This document shows, one piece after another, positions 1-13,297 of a stretch of 64,000 nt of DNA (positions are counted from its first letter, which is position 1; every line of letters starts with the position of its first letter). The DNA is from Octopus sinensis. Lineage: Eukaryota. Both the position numbers and the translations under genes were made by a program. The stretch is taken from contig NW_021824832.1 of NCBI RefSeq assembly GCF_006345805.1, positions 1 to 64,000 of the forward strand. The letters are read 5' to 3'. Under the pieces are notes generated by a model. That model was not told where the DNA came from and did not search any database. It worked only from the letters and a program-made list of their open reading frames with translations.

Positions 1-2136
1 CACACACGCACACACACCACACCAAGCACACACACACGCCACGCACCACACACACACACACACACACATATAGATGTGAGTGCGCGTATGTATGTATGTG
101 TGTATGTATGTGTATGTATGACATGTCCAACATGTTCTGTGAAACGAAACCTGGACATATATGCTTGCAAAAACCGGCTTCCTAACCACACGCCTATGAT
201 TACCCCTCTGTAGACTTTGTTCAGGAAAAAATAGAGGATGCTCAAGGCTAGAAATTATGTGACCATTGGTCGATTCAGTCAGTGCTGGCTTACGCATAAT
301 CACAACCACAATTAGGACTCAGCGAGAGGGTCTCTATACGGTACATCAATTTGTTACATATAGCCTGCAAATGCTTGCTATTCTGTAAAACAACGGCCAT
401 ATTGCATATTAATGAAAGCCGGTTTTCTTTCGACTGTGACAACTGTGTGGATCACCACATTCTTTCTTTCTAATACCTCCTTTGCCATAGGCTGTCACAA
501 TTTCGAATGTACCCAGCACGATGGCATGACCAAGACTCTACCATTTAATCTCTGGTGATGCTTCCTCAACAGAGTATGTTGAGAAGGAACCCAACAGAGG
601 ATGAGTGGGAGGCTATAGAAGTGTCAGCATTTCATTGTCACGGACACGCGGATTAGTGCAACTGCCAAAACGAACAATCCCCAGTCTATTGTTCATAAGA
701 GTTTCGGTTTGTTCGTGACGATTAATTGAGATTTGAGATAATTTGGCTGCAACTTCCAATAATTCAAGCATGTTCCGTTGTATGAGTTAGACAACACAAT
801 GTTTTGGCTGGACGGCATAAGACCAAAATTGGAGGCATAGGGTACATATCTAATGATGATGCCCGGTACAACATATCAAATCGATTGGATAAAAATAAAT
901 ATACTGTACGTCGATACTCCTTTCGTCTGTCTTTCTTAAAACATACTATTTTGATTTATATGACCCCGTCAATCAGTAAATGCCATCAATCAGGTATAGC
1001 TACGGTTGGTTTTTCGACTTGTAATAATAATGTTCGTTGTAAACATAATCATGGCGAAGAACATGACAAAAGCAATGATGAATATGAAGATGATACGGAT
1101 GATGGCGGGAAATACTGTTGTTGCAGACGATTATCGGGATGACGATCAATTTGATGCTGATAATGACGATGATGGCGATATTAATGACGATGAGGAGGAG
1201 GAGGAGAAGGAGGAGGGTGATAACGAGGATAAGAAGGCCGAGAAGTGATGATAATGTTAAGCCATGTTGGCGATGGGGATAATAGTCATGTACAGATGCT
1301 ATTGAATGCTTGTAATTCGTTCGAGAAACCCGATAAACGATACACAGAAACGACGTGAGTTTTACGACAAATATCTCTTCTAAAGTTACTTACGTCATGA
1401 AAAATCACTGCAAACGTAAGGATTCTGTATTCTAGAATTTCTTGAATCGTCGAGAATCAGTGGGAATCATGCAGGAAAGGGATGCCATGGGTAAAACATT
1501 GCTACTACATAAATCTGTGTGCGTGTGAGTGTATGTCGGCGACTTTGTGTATGTGTATACATGCGTGGCTATATATATATATATATATATATACATACAC
1601 ATATATGTATGTACATTAAGGAGACTATACCAGATAAGCTCCTTTCATTACTACGTAATGTTTTGAGTTTTACATCTTTATACAATTTCTTAAACAATTG
1701 TTAATTCATTTTCAACTTCTTAGTACATTTTATCTCTTACTAATCCTAAGTCTATATTTTGCGCTCTCTTATTCGATATCTTTCTCTCATTCGTTCTCTA
1801 GTCATCGCCATATCTACTTTCCCTTTACAATATATGTTATCTGTCTATTTCTCGATACTGTTAATCTCGTTGTCTCCGAATATATTTTCATTTATCCATC
1901 GATCCCTTATCTAAACGATATATTTCTCCCGATACTTGTTCAGAAATACGAAACTACTGTTAATACATTTATGCACACGCACGCGCAAGCTCAGATGTAC
2001 ACACGCAATCACACACACACATAGCCATATACATATGCATGCACACACACACACACACACACAATATATATATATATATATATATAAAGAGATAGAGAGT
2101 GTGAGACAGAGAGAGAGAAAGGTAGAGAAATATATA

Positions 2137-2795
2137 TGAGGTTTGTCAAAATGTTCGTTCGCATTTTAAAGGAAAATACAACACAAGTTTTAAACTTAAA
2201 GGGATTATTTCAATTAATGCAATAATAAGGTTTTGATCTAGTATTTTCTGCCTTCTTTTGGGTAGATCCATTGTTCCCTGGTCAAAAATTTCTTTGTCGT
2301 TGATGATAAATACCTCTTTCAGGTGAATTTTTACATCTTCCCCCGAGCTAAAGGCCTATGCATTCAATCAACTTTGAAGAGACCGAAATAGGTTGAAATC
2401 TGAAGGTGCCAGATCGGGCGAATACACAGGCTGCAGTAAAACTTCCCAGCCAAGCATCTCTAACATCTGCAGCGACTGCCATTAGGATGGTTCTATTCGT
2501 GTTAAGGTCGTAAAGCATAACTTTCGTTGGTTATTTGTGGTGGTTCGCCCCGTTTCCCCCAAGATCGTTTGCGCTTCACGTTATAATAGACAAACCATTT
2601 TTAGTTCCCGGTAAATATTCACTCCCAAAAAGAATCGTTTTCCTCACACCTCTCCAAAGCCTAGAATACAGACATCGTTGGACATGTTCTCTCTTCATTC
2701 AATTAATGTGGTTCGTGGGTTTAAGGGTCTTGCGATAGGCTTGATTGGAGGCCCAAACTTCCTATGCAAAGACAGAAACTTTTCATCACCCCCCG
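2137..2795 (-). mobile_element. Internally deleted mariner (Tc1/mariner, DD34D-type) DNA transposon remnant
   Basis: Manual minus-strand translation gives broken mariner motifs IFTGN*KWFVYYNVKRKRSWGKRGEP and LGWEVLLQPVYSPDLAPSDFNLFRSLQS. TA dinucleotides lie at both ends; terminal repeats are degenerate. Confidence 0.85.
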
Positions 2796-2843
2796 TATTT
2801 ATATATATATATATTATATATATATATGTGTGTGTGTGTGTGT

Positions 2844-2876
<33 letters not shown>

Positions 2877-3169
2877 ATATATATATATGCTTGTCTGTCT
2901 GTATGCATGTATGTATGTATGTATGTATGTGTATATATATAGTTCAAGTAATATTTCTTGTGATGACGTAATGTAATAGGAACATACAAACAGTGATCAA
3001 GCTGACATGAAGTCCTAGCCTCCCCCAGAATTTCAGGCCTTATGCTTATAGTAGAAAGTACTGTTAATATTGTTATTGTATTCATATTTAGAAAAAAATA
3101 AACAACGAAATGTATCCATCTAACTAGCTACACAGTTTGATAGCTACATAGCTAGCTGAATTACTAAAA

Positions 3170-3170
3170 G

Positions 3171-3259
<89 letters not shown>

Positions 3260-3294
3260 GTAGGTAGGTAGATAGATAGATAGATAGATAGATA
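3170..3294. repeat. (TAGA)n microsatellite at the 3' end of the Tx1-like LINE
   Basis: Direct reading of the sequence. Confidence 0.98.
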
Positions 3295-3295
3295 T

Positions 3296-6246
3296 GTTTC
3301 TTTATTAGCCACACAGGGCTGCACACAGATAGAACAAATTACAAGGTAGAGCTTTTCTTTTGGGGGTAAAAAAAAAAGGAGAGTGGTGGTTTTCGATCAA
3401 AAGGGATCGTAAAAGGAAAGAAAAAGGACAAAAAAAGGGGAGGGGGTTAAAAAAGGGGGGGAGAGAAAAAAAATGAATAATAGGGATCGTTATCACAGAA
3501 ATGTCAATATGAAGTGTAAAGGGGAGGACAGGTGAGGTTTACCCGTGGAAAGAAAAGCCTACGGAAAAGACCACGGTAACCTCGTTCAATGAAGTCACAT
3601 GTTATATTTCTTTTTTTTTTTTTGCAATAAGCAACTCTCTGTATTAATTTTTATGGTTCATAGAATCATAGTCAAGGTGGCTTCGTCATTCATACGTGCC
3701 ATCCTTGCTACATTCACCCATCTTTTTTAAAACATTCACTAGACAAAACTTGCCTCTCTACTCTCACTTTCCTCTTCAAGTGATACTTGAAGAAGTTGAT
3801 GAGAGATTGACCAGAGAGGAAGTGTTTGTCTCTAATCCTTTCAGGCGCGTCCACCAGATACATTCTTTCGCCATAGCCACAAGTATGATAAAAATAGCTC
3901 TTCCTTCCCGTTTGAAAGAAGGAGGCGTGACGATATTAACGATAGACTCGGCTGATAAACCGACACGTCCCACACGTGACAGCAGTCGATCGACATAAGC
4001 CCACAGGTCGGAAATTGCTGGACACTGCACGATTGCGTGCAGAGCGGTTTCGTCGCTCTGCCCGCATCTCGGGCAGGTCGGCCGCGTGTTTCTCGAGCCA
4101 TGCCTATAGAGTTTATCCCGAACGGGTAGCGCTTCTCGGTAGCACCGCCAGGCCAGGGATCTCTGGAAGTTGTCCATAGGTCCCGGGCCGAAAGTCGTTT
4201 GAAACAGGCGGGTCAGGTATTCCTCGTCGACGCCCAGGTTTGCCCCGAGCTCGTCGTCGTACCTCCCCTCCACTAATCCCCTATAGAATGCTTTGGTTGT
4301 GTTGAAGTCACTCAAGGTCGACCCCGGACGGCAGAGTTGCTTGAGAGCAACGCGACACTCGCGGTGCCATTCGCCCTTCCTCGGCCTCTTTTTGATCCAC
4401 GACTGTAGTTCGGTCACGGAGACGAGTTGCGGGAATGCGTGCCTCACAAACGGCGACCACACCTGTTCACCGTCGTCTACATAGAGCCGGAGATGTCGCA
4501 GTCTCAGCGCGTGTCTGCGCATCATCAACTACGGCATGCCCAGCCCTCCTATTAACGGGTGTTGACAGCAAATGGATCGCCTGACCATCGGGACGCATCC
4601 TTTCCACAAGAAGCGAAAGAGGATGCGTTCTAGTTTGGTGATGGTAGGGTCGGGACAAGGTACGACGGTCAGGCGGTAGTAGATGATGGACGCGATGTAC
4701 GCGTTCACCACCTCCGCCCGACCTTTTAGGGACAGTTTCCTCTCGGCTGGGCGAGAGTGACCACCCTACTCGTTATCTCGTTCCAGTTCTTCTCCATTTG
4801 GAGGTCCGGACCGAACCAGACCCCGAGCAACTCAACCGGGCCGTCTGTCCAGCGTCCCACGACGGAGGTACTGGTGGACGGCATGGGCTTGCTTCTCCAG
4901 GTGCCGAGCCGCAAGCCCACTGACTTTTCCCGGTTGATTTTTGCTCCTGTCACCGCTTCGTAGTCTTTCAGTGTCTCGCCGACCCGCTCGATGTGCTCGT
5001 GGCTTGACACTATGACGGTGACGTCGTCCGCGTATGCAGACACGCTCGTCCCGCATCCCAATTCTCGCGGGATGCCCCTGAGAGTCGCCAGCTTCCGCAG
5101 TAGTGGCTCGAGAGTCAATACGTATAGAAGCGCCGAGAGGGGGCATCCCTGACGGACCGAACGTGCAATGTCGAAAGGTCTCGATAGATGTCCATTTACG
5201 CGAATTACCGAACGGATGCCTCTGTACAAGGCAGCTATCCAGCCGCGGAAGACGGGACCGAAACCAGCCGCTCTCAGGACTGCCTCCAAGTATCGATGGT
5301 CTACCCTATCAAAGGCTTTCGATTGATCCAAGTTGATCAGGGCCCCACCCATGCCAGGTTCGTTAACTACCCTGTCTATGATGTAGCGCATCAGATGGAG
5401 GTTTTCATGGATGCTCCGGCCCGGCACGGCGCACGTTTGTGCGTTGTCGACCAGTTTCTCGATGACAAGCGCCAACCTCTTGGCTAACACCTTTGTCAAA
5501 ATTTTCAGGTCTGCATTGAGCAGCGTGATTGGTCTAAAGTTATCTATAATGTTCCCTTGTTTGGATCTTTCTTCAGCAGAGTTACAGCTCCTCGACTCAC
5601 AAAACCGGTATGCTCCCGTTTTGCTGCCAGTTGCAGTATACCGCTGCCAAGACGTCTCCAAACAAGTCTGGCATACAATTGTAAAACTCGTAGGGTAGAC
5701 CATCCAAACCCGGTGATTTGTCCCTCGAGCATTCTGCTATCGCTTCCTGCACTTCCGCCGCCGTGATGGCACCTTCGCAGCACCCTGCCTTTCTTGTCGA
5801 GAGTCGTGGCAGGCTATGTAGGTAGGCACTGAAGTCCACCCTACGTTCTTGCCCTCCACTCGTCCCGAACAGTCGGGCAAAATGCTGCTGAAAGGCCTCA
5901 CACATTTTACTTGGCTCGAGCAATTCGCGCCCCTGTTCATCTACCAGTGACCGAATGGTGGCTTTGTTGCCCTGTTGCGCCTCTGCCACCCGGGCCTCTC
6001 TCGCGGCTCCAACACCTTCGTTCCTTAGAGCACGCATCCTAGCTCTGACAGCACATCCTTCGTGTTGGCGTTGAAGTGTTGGTCGAGGGCCAACCTCGCC
6101 GCCAAAACGTCGGATGCATTGCCGCTTCTAATTGCCTCTTCTAGCTTCTTAACTAGCTCACCCTCTACTCTATTTCTATCTATGGCTAGTGCTTTGCTGT
6201 ACCTAATCGCTTCTGCTTTTACTGCTCTCTTGAGGGCAAACCACCA
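3296..6246 (-). mobile_element. 5'-truncated Tx1/L1-clade non-LTR retrotransposon (ORF2 RT + CCHC region, 3' UTR, AATAAA)
   Basis: ORF2 motifs KSPGLDGLPYEFY, NFRPITLLNADLKIL, LDQSKAFDRVDH, VRQGCPLS, YADD, GGLGMP and CPRCGQSDETALHAIVQC. AATAAA lies just before the (TATC)n tract. ORF1 and the APE endonuclease are absent. Confidence 0.95.
3658..6244 (-). pseudogene. Frameshifted LINE ORF2 (reverse transcriptase, zf-RVT-like knuckle)
   Basis: Track ORFs 6025-6468, 5597-6037, 4726-5703, 4529-4711 and 3776-4528 are consecutive pieces of one ORF2. Frameshifts fall near 6030, 5570-5600, 4740 and 3790; the stop is at about 3658. Confidence 0.9.
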
Positions 6247-6289
6247 TAGATAGATAGATAGATTTATATACACACCAATAGATAAATAA

Positions 6290-6339
<50 letters not shown>

Positions 6340-6372
6340 CTGTATATACATATATATATACACACACACAAT

Positions 6373-6418
<46 letters not shown>

Positions 6419-6436
6419 CAGAGAGATAGATAGATA
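6247..6436. repeat. (TAGA)n with TA/CA interruption between two LINE copies
   Basis: Direct reading. Confidence 0.95.
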
Positions 6437-6660
6437 AGTTTCTTTATTGGCCACACAGGGCTGCACACAGATGGGACAAGTTACAAGGTAGAGCTTTGGG
6501 GGGGGTGAAAGAAACAAAAAACAAAAGTAACAAAAAAAGGGGGTGGCGTAGGTTTTCGAAAGGGAAGAAAAGAACAAAATAAAATAAAATAAAAAATAAA
6601 AAAACAAAAATAAAAAAAAGAAGAAAAAGAAAAGGAACAAAAGAAAAGAGAAATGAAGAG
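6437..6660 (-). mobile_element. Second, very short 3'-end copy of the same Tx1-like LINE
   Basis: TTTCTTTATTGGCCACACAGGGCTGCACACAGAT...TTACAAGGTAGAGCTTT matches 3297-3355. It is flanked by (TAGA)n on both sides (6661-6745 upstream). Confidence 0.9.
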
Positions 6661-6684
6661 ATAGATAGATAGATAGATAGATAT

Positions 6685-6746
<62 letters not shown>

Positions 6747-7539
6747 TGCAGTTTGCCCGTCCATCAATTTCACTACTTTGCAATTTAGATATCTTTACAC
6801 CCATTTTCTTCATGGCGCATTATTCCCGTCATTTGTTAACAAACCGCCCATCTGCTTTTTCATACTAACACCCAGCTACATCCTCCATATGCACATCCCT
6901 TTCCCTAAACACCACATGCACGAAAATGTCTTTCTCTTCTTCTTCTCCTCCATGCCGCAATTCTTCATTTCTTGTGTTCTTTCTCGCACCCTGATCCACA
7001 CTTCTTTGTATTTTTTTTTCTTCCTCTTTCTTGTCAGATTTTTCTACTTCATCAGTTCTTAATGCAAACCAAAGAAATCAGAAAACGCGACAAAGCATAC
7101 TTTCCAGATAATTTTTCAGCCGGCAGCAAATATATAGTATGTACACAATATCCAAAAGGAGAGAATGACGCTGGAATCAACGAACCAATCAGAAACCATA
7201 TAATATCTCACTCCCCAATCTGTTAGGAATTGCGTGTTTTATATATTTATAATTTATTTCTTTTATTTCTTTTTTTTTTTATTTTCTCCGTGATTTAAGG
7301 TTCTGTTACACAAACTCTGATCTTGTCAAGAATTAATTTTCATCTTAAGGGACAAAATTGTCTGCTTCCGAAATTCGCTCCCTAAAGCATTGTTCAAAAA
7401 GATAGCAGCGAAAATAAAGCTTGATAATGTATATTTTGCTATCATATTTTATTATTTCATTATCGTCATTATTTTCTTCCTATTATTATCATTGTTGTTG
7501 TTATTGCTATTAATATTATTTTTGGAAATAATCATCTTG

Positions 7540-7596
7540 CTGTTGTTGTTGTTCTTCTTCTTCTTCTAATTATTATTATTATTATTATTATTAATT

Positions 7597-7628
<32 letters not shown>

Positions 7629-7709
7629 TACCATTATTATTAGTAGTAGTAGTAGTAATAGTAGTAGTAGTAGTAGCAGCAGCAGCAGTAGTGGTGGTGG
7701 TGGTGGTAA

Positions 7710-7756
<47 letters not shown>

Positions 7757-7870
7757 ATAGCAGTGGTGGAGGTGGTTTCGTTGTTGTTGTTGGTGGTGGT
7801 GGTAGTGGCAGAGGCAGCGGTGGTAAAGATCTGTGTGCGTTTGATTGTTTGGTGGTGGTGGTGGTGGTAT
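7540..7870. repeat. Compound trinucleotide array (GTT/CTT/ATT/CAT/TAG/GTG)
   Basis: Direct reading. Confidence 0.95.
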
Positions 7871-8339
7871 TTATGTATATCTATGTTTAGTTTGTGAGCA
7901 ATTTTGCTGCAAAAAAAAGCGGGACGAAAATGGCTAACCAGGAATAAACGATAAAATAGTTTAAAAAAACTATATATATATTGTGTGTGTGTGTGTATTT
8001 CTTTGCATTCATTTCTTCCTGTTCCTTTTCCTTTTATACAATTTTACACTATAGTTTTTGATTTTTATAAGTGATAATAATGTTGTCTTCTTATAAATAC
8101 TTGCTTTTGGGGCAGAATATGAAGATTGCAAAAGCAAAAAATGGAATCTATAAGCAAACATACATCAACGTACGGAAAAGGTAATAACTAAGGGAAGACA
8201 AACGCTATTGAAATCTTCGATGCTTTATATATTATTGTATTCTCTTTTCTTACTACATATACGATTCAACTACGTATTAACCTACCATATATCACACATA
8301 CATATGTATAATCTCGCGTACGTGCTTGGATATATAGAG

Positions 8340-8477
8340 AGGCAGACATACAGATAGACAGACAAACAGACAGATAGATAGATAGATCGATAGATAGATA
8401 CGTACATAGTTACATACATACATACATGCATACAAATCTACATAGTTACACAGATAGATACATACATATACACACAC

Positions 8478-8518
<41 letters not shown>

Positions 8519-8528
8519 AGATAGATAG

Positions 8529-8599
<71 letters not shown>

Positions 8600-8645
8600 T
8601 ACAGACACGTACATACATAGACAGACAGACATATATAGAGAGAGC

Positions 8646-8725
<80 letters not shown>
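8340..8725. repeat. (TAGA)n/(TACA)n tetranucleotide array
   Basis: Direct reading. Confidence 0.95.
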
Positions 8726-9194
8726 AAGGTGTCTCGTAAATAAGTGATGTTTCAATATGATTCGATATTTTTTCTGGAAATATCCCTCATATATTTAGCC
8801 ATATTTACATCCTTGACAATTAGTCGGAGAATCTAAGAGATGATACAAAATAGTTTCGTTTGTGTAAATTCTTGTGCATTTTCTTCGCTATATAATAATT
8901 TCTTCGCATAAATCAATGCAAAAATGCAAATATCCAACCGCAAAGAAGCAAGCAGTATACAAACTGAGGTGTTTGTATATATGTATGTATGAATAACGTG
9001 TGATATATATATACACGCGTGTGTTTGTGTGTATATGTGTGTGTGCATTGCGTGTGGGCGTTTGTACGGATACTTGAATATGCTTATAAATATATGTTTA
9101 TACATATTTATATATGCACATATTTATGTAATAAATATGCATATTTACCTGCTATCATATATATATATATCCTATGATATATATATATATATAT

Positions 9195-9225
<31 letters not shown>

Positions 9226-9458
9226 CGATATGTATACGTAAGATCGAAGGATCAAAGTGTAGGAAGCTAGTAAATTTCGAGCAGTCTCTTGAAGGTTTAA
9301 AAAACAACTTTGAGGAACAACAGTAGTTTATTGACGCAGAAGCTTGTAGATTTTTCTCATATCGAAGTTGTATATATATATATGAGGAGATATATAAATA
9401 GATACATACTTATAGCGTAGGCACATATATATCTCTACATGTGTATGTATATACATAT

Positions 9459-9692
9459 ATATTTCTTTACTACCCACTAGGGGCTAAACACAGAGGGGAC
9501 AAACAAGGATAGACAAAGGGGTTAAGTCGATTACATCGACCCCAGTGCGTAACTGGTACTTAATTTATCGACCCCGAAAGGATGAAAGGCAAAGTCGACC
9601 TCGGCGGAATTTGAACTCAGAACGTAATGACAGACGAAATACGGCTATGCATTTCGCCCGGCGTGCTAACGATTCTGCCAGCTGGCCGCCTT
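9459..9692 (-). mobile_element. tRNA-derived SINE, family A (full length)
   Basis: Minus strand has A-box TGGCAGAATCG, B-box GAGTTCAAATT, central GCCTTTCATCCTTTCGGGGTCGATAAA (resembles a Nin/Deu-type domain from memory) and tail GTAAAGAAATA. There are many near-identical copies in the window. Confidence 0.92.
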
Positions 9693-9940
9693 TGTATATA
9701 CATATATATATATATATATATACATATACACGAAATATGTGTTCTACAAGTCCACCGGCTGATGGACTAGCAATGACCTTTTAGTAATATTATTATCGGT
9801 AATGATGTTCCGATTGGCGAATATAGCAATCACAATTCCCGCGTTACAATTAATGATGCTGCTGCTGCTGATGATGATGACGATGATGATGATCATGATA
9901 ATAATAATAATAATAATAATAATTATTATTATTATTATTA

Positions 9941-9989
<49 letters not shown>

Positions 9990-9990
<1 letters not shown>

Positions 9991-10666
9991 TATGTTTGGC
10001 TTTTGCTTTATATTTGTACAAGTTGGCTCCAGGTCTCACCCAGAGACCTCAAGAGACAATAAGTAGGAAGTTCACGTTGGTGTTATGCCTAGTGTGCCAT
10101 ATATTTGGTTTTGTACATAGTGTTGTTCTAGAGAATGTTTAAGAAACCAGAAGAAAATTATGTTTGTTTTAAAACTTGAGATTACATAGAAAGTATTTTG
10201 CGTAGGATATGAGCATTTCCCATGAGCACTATCTTTTGAATTTCTGCCATTTTTCGGTTTCCTGGTATCTGAGTTAGGTAGCAATCAGCCCCTTTTGCTA
10301 TCATTCCCAGGGCACCTATGACAACAGGTATTGTTTTACACTTCAGGTTCCATATTTTGCTGATTTCTATTTCAAGATCTTTATATTTGCTCAGTTTCTG
10401 GTAGGTCTTGACAGATACATTTATATCGATTGGGACGTTCATATCAATAAGGAGGCATAATTTTTGTCTGAAGTCTTTCAATATGATGTCTGGCCTATTT
10501 GCATCTATCTTTATGTAAGTTTGAATAGTGAAGTTCCAGAGGAGTGAGATATGATCATTTTCAAGCACTGGAGCTGGTTTGTGTTCCCATCAGTTTTTAT
10601 CGTGGAGCAAGTGAAGGCTTTTGCAAATTACCCAGTGAATATATTGTGAATATATTGTGCAGCTCA

Positions 10667-10667
<1 letters not shown>
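9990..10667 (-). mobile_element. 5'-truncated R4/Dong-like RLE LINE embedded in (TAA)n
   Basis: ORF 10182-10568 has LLWNFTIQT...NRPDIIL.D...LIDMNVP...KLSKYKDL...IPVVIGALG, a PD-(D/E)xK restriction-like endonuclease C-terminus. (ATT)n abuts both ends. Confidence 0.92.
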
Positions 10668-10710
<43 letters not shown>

Positions 10711-10753
10711 TTATTATCATATTATTATTATCATTATTTTATTATTATTATTA

Positions 10754-10798
<45 letters not shown>

Positions 10799-10860
10799 CA
10801 TTATTATTATATTATTATTGTTGTTGTTATCATTATTATTATTATTATTATTATTATTTT
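10668..10860. repeat. (ATT)n microsatellite
   Basis: Direct reading. Confidence 0.97.
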
Positions 10861-12167
10861 GGTTATATTGGTAATAGCAATAACAATAATATTAGTAAAT
10901 ACCAGAATCGTTTGAAGGGTATTTATATTCATAACAATTATAATAGTTATAATAATAAAACAATTACTGTTAATGGTAACCAATGTGACGCCATGGGGAA
11001 TTGGTATACCTAACACGAATAGTAACTCTAATGATGTCGGCTATTTTTATCATGGTAATAATCTACCCGTAACAGCTGAATCTTTGCTTCATCTACATTT
11101 TATGTCGGTGGTTGCCTGTCGTCACTCGAATTGAGCCAGTAAAGGAAGATATATTTCATTGGCTGCGTGGATAATAATTGAAGCAAACTCAAGACCACTT
11201 AACTGAAATATATTTATTACTGGACGTAAAGATATTTGTTCTTGGCTATTTACAATGAACAATATTAAGGATCGCTGAATAAGATAAAAAGAAAAAGACC
11301 GCGCTGCGTTTGTAAAAGTTACTTAGGAGAAATTGTGTGAATGTTCAGTTCGGTCTGTTCGAGAACCTTGAGTTGTCTGCGCAAATGTCCAGGACCGCGA
11401 TTAGGGCACGATTTGAGGCGTGTGTCTTTAACATCCTGCGATCAATTGAGTGGCGAATACAGTCTTTATAGAGGACAAGAGGTTTTATTCCAGGAGAATC
11501 AAGAAAACCATATCTCGCCAAAACATTACGCCGATTAGCTGATTTATAGGCCGATTGCATGAGACTATAGTGGTTTGCTCGTGGTGTCTGGCCGAGTATC
11601 TAGTCATTAGGTTTCGAATCACCACACCTGTAGAAATAAATTTCAGTGCCCTCTGAATAACAGGTGCCTGACGAAAAATATTGTATACATTTGTAATATT
11701 CATATTGACCAGAACACTTTTACCTCTTCGATAAAAAATTACGTAACCACACTAACACATTTATAAGAAAAGATGAAGCTAAACCCAATCAATTGCTGCA
11801 AAACTATTGGAGTTAAAAAATAAAGTCGACTTCATTATTAGCAAGAATATTGTGAAACATTGCTCAGCCTTCCGCCAACAATATATATAGTTGTAGGCTC
11901 AGACGACGGAAATATATAAAATCCTAAAATTTTACGCCAATGTTATTAATAAATTAGACGACCTTGGCATCAAGATACTGCAGTGCTTTTTTTTATTTTA
12001 GACCTTTTCCCTCGATCATTTCTCATTACTTTACTCATATGTAGAATCATTTGCCATAAAAATTTATCTTTAAAAATACGTTTCTTGACATACCTTTAGG
12101 AACTTACCGTCGTAACAGTGAATAAGCTGAAAGCACCGGCCTACATTAGTTCCTATCAAATAAACAT

Positions 12168-12329
12168 TTCTACAATAAGCGCAAGGTCTGACATTTATGG
12201 GGATGGGGATAGTCGATTACATTGACCGCAATACTTGACTGGTTCTTATTTGATCGACCACGAAAAGATGAAAGGCAAGTCGACCTCGGTGGTATTTGAA
12301 CTCAGAACTTAGCGGCAAACGAAATACCT
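12168..12329 (-). mobile_element. SINE family A variant (A2 tail), head-less second unit of a tandem
   Basis: Same B-box and central domain as family A with a different 3' tail. On the minus strand it begins at GTATTTCG directly after the tail of the 12330-12560 copy. Confidence 0.8.
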
Positions 12330-12560
12330 ATTTCTTTACTACCCACAAGGGGCTAAACACAGAAGGGACAAACAAGGACAGACAAACGGATTAAAACGAT
12401 TACACCGACCCCAGTGCGTAACTGGTACTTATTTAATCGACCCCGAAAGGATGAAAGGCAAAGTCGACCTCAGTGGAATTTGGACTCCGAACGTAGCGGC
12501 AGACGAAATACCGCTAAACATTTCGCCAGGCGTGCTAACGATTCCTCCAGCTCGACACCT
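12330..12560 (-). mobile_element. SINE family A (full length)
   Basis: Aligns by eye end to end with 9459-9692. Confidence 0.92.
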
Positions 12561-12734
12561 CGTAGCTCATACGTAATAATGTACGTATATAGTTTTAACT
12601 TTGATTCGAGCATGGAGATATTTTTATAATAGTGGCATCATCCTTATCTCATCTCTCATTACATTTTCTTTATAGTAAATTGCTATCTCATTAAATCCCG
12701 TATCAACGGGCAGTAAATATTAAACATTAGTTTG

Positions 12735-12900
12735 AAGCTTTGGTACAAAGCGAGCAATTTCGGTGTAAGTCGATTACATCGACCCGGTGCTCTAGTGGTA
12801 CTTATTTTAGCGACCCTGAAATAATAAAAGCAAAGTCGACTTCGCAAGAATTTGAACACAGAACGTTGAAACGAGCGAAATGCTGCATTTTGCTCACTGT
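12735..12900 (-). mobile_element. Decayed SINE family A2
   Basis: AGTCGATTACATCGACCC...AAAGTCGAC...AATTTGAACACAGAACG. Confidence 0.7.
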
Positions 12901-12929
12901 TGTGTATAAGATATTAAATATTAGATATA

Positions 12930-13187
12930 CAGTAATCCCACGGTTCACCTATCGCAGTTTATTATTTAAGCTTACGTCGATTCCTCCGTGGTGTTGTTTT
13001 GCATTTATAATAAAAAATATATATATATACAAATAATAAAAATAAAAAACAGATATATTCAGTCCTACTGCGTGGCACCTTGAGGAAGTGTCTTCTACTA
13101 TAGCCGGGGGCCGACCAAAGCTTTGGGAGTAGATTTGGTAGACGGAAACTGAAAGAAGCTCTTAGTGTATATATCTATATCTATATA

Positions 13188-13243
<56 letters not shown>

Positions 13244-13265
13244 GTGTGTGTATGTGTGTGTGTGT

Positions 13266-13297
<32 letters not shown>

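Noticed and set aside
1006-1248. Acidic D/E-rich ORF
   Set aside because: Decayed (GAT)n/(GAG)n repeat; no splice or domain support.
1394-1407. Minus-strand micro-exon look-alike (14 nt, strong signals); another at 47406-47434 (29 nt)
   Set aside because: Not frame-preserving and isolated. Recorded because they show that chance matches occur, which lowers confidence in the plus-strand chain.
4726-5703. 325-aa RT ORF as an active or domesticated gene
   Set aside because: Its N- and C-terminal residues come from frameshifts. The element lacks ORF1 and endonuclease and has several frame breaks.
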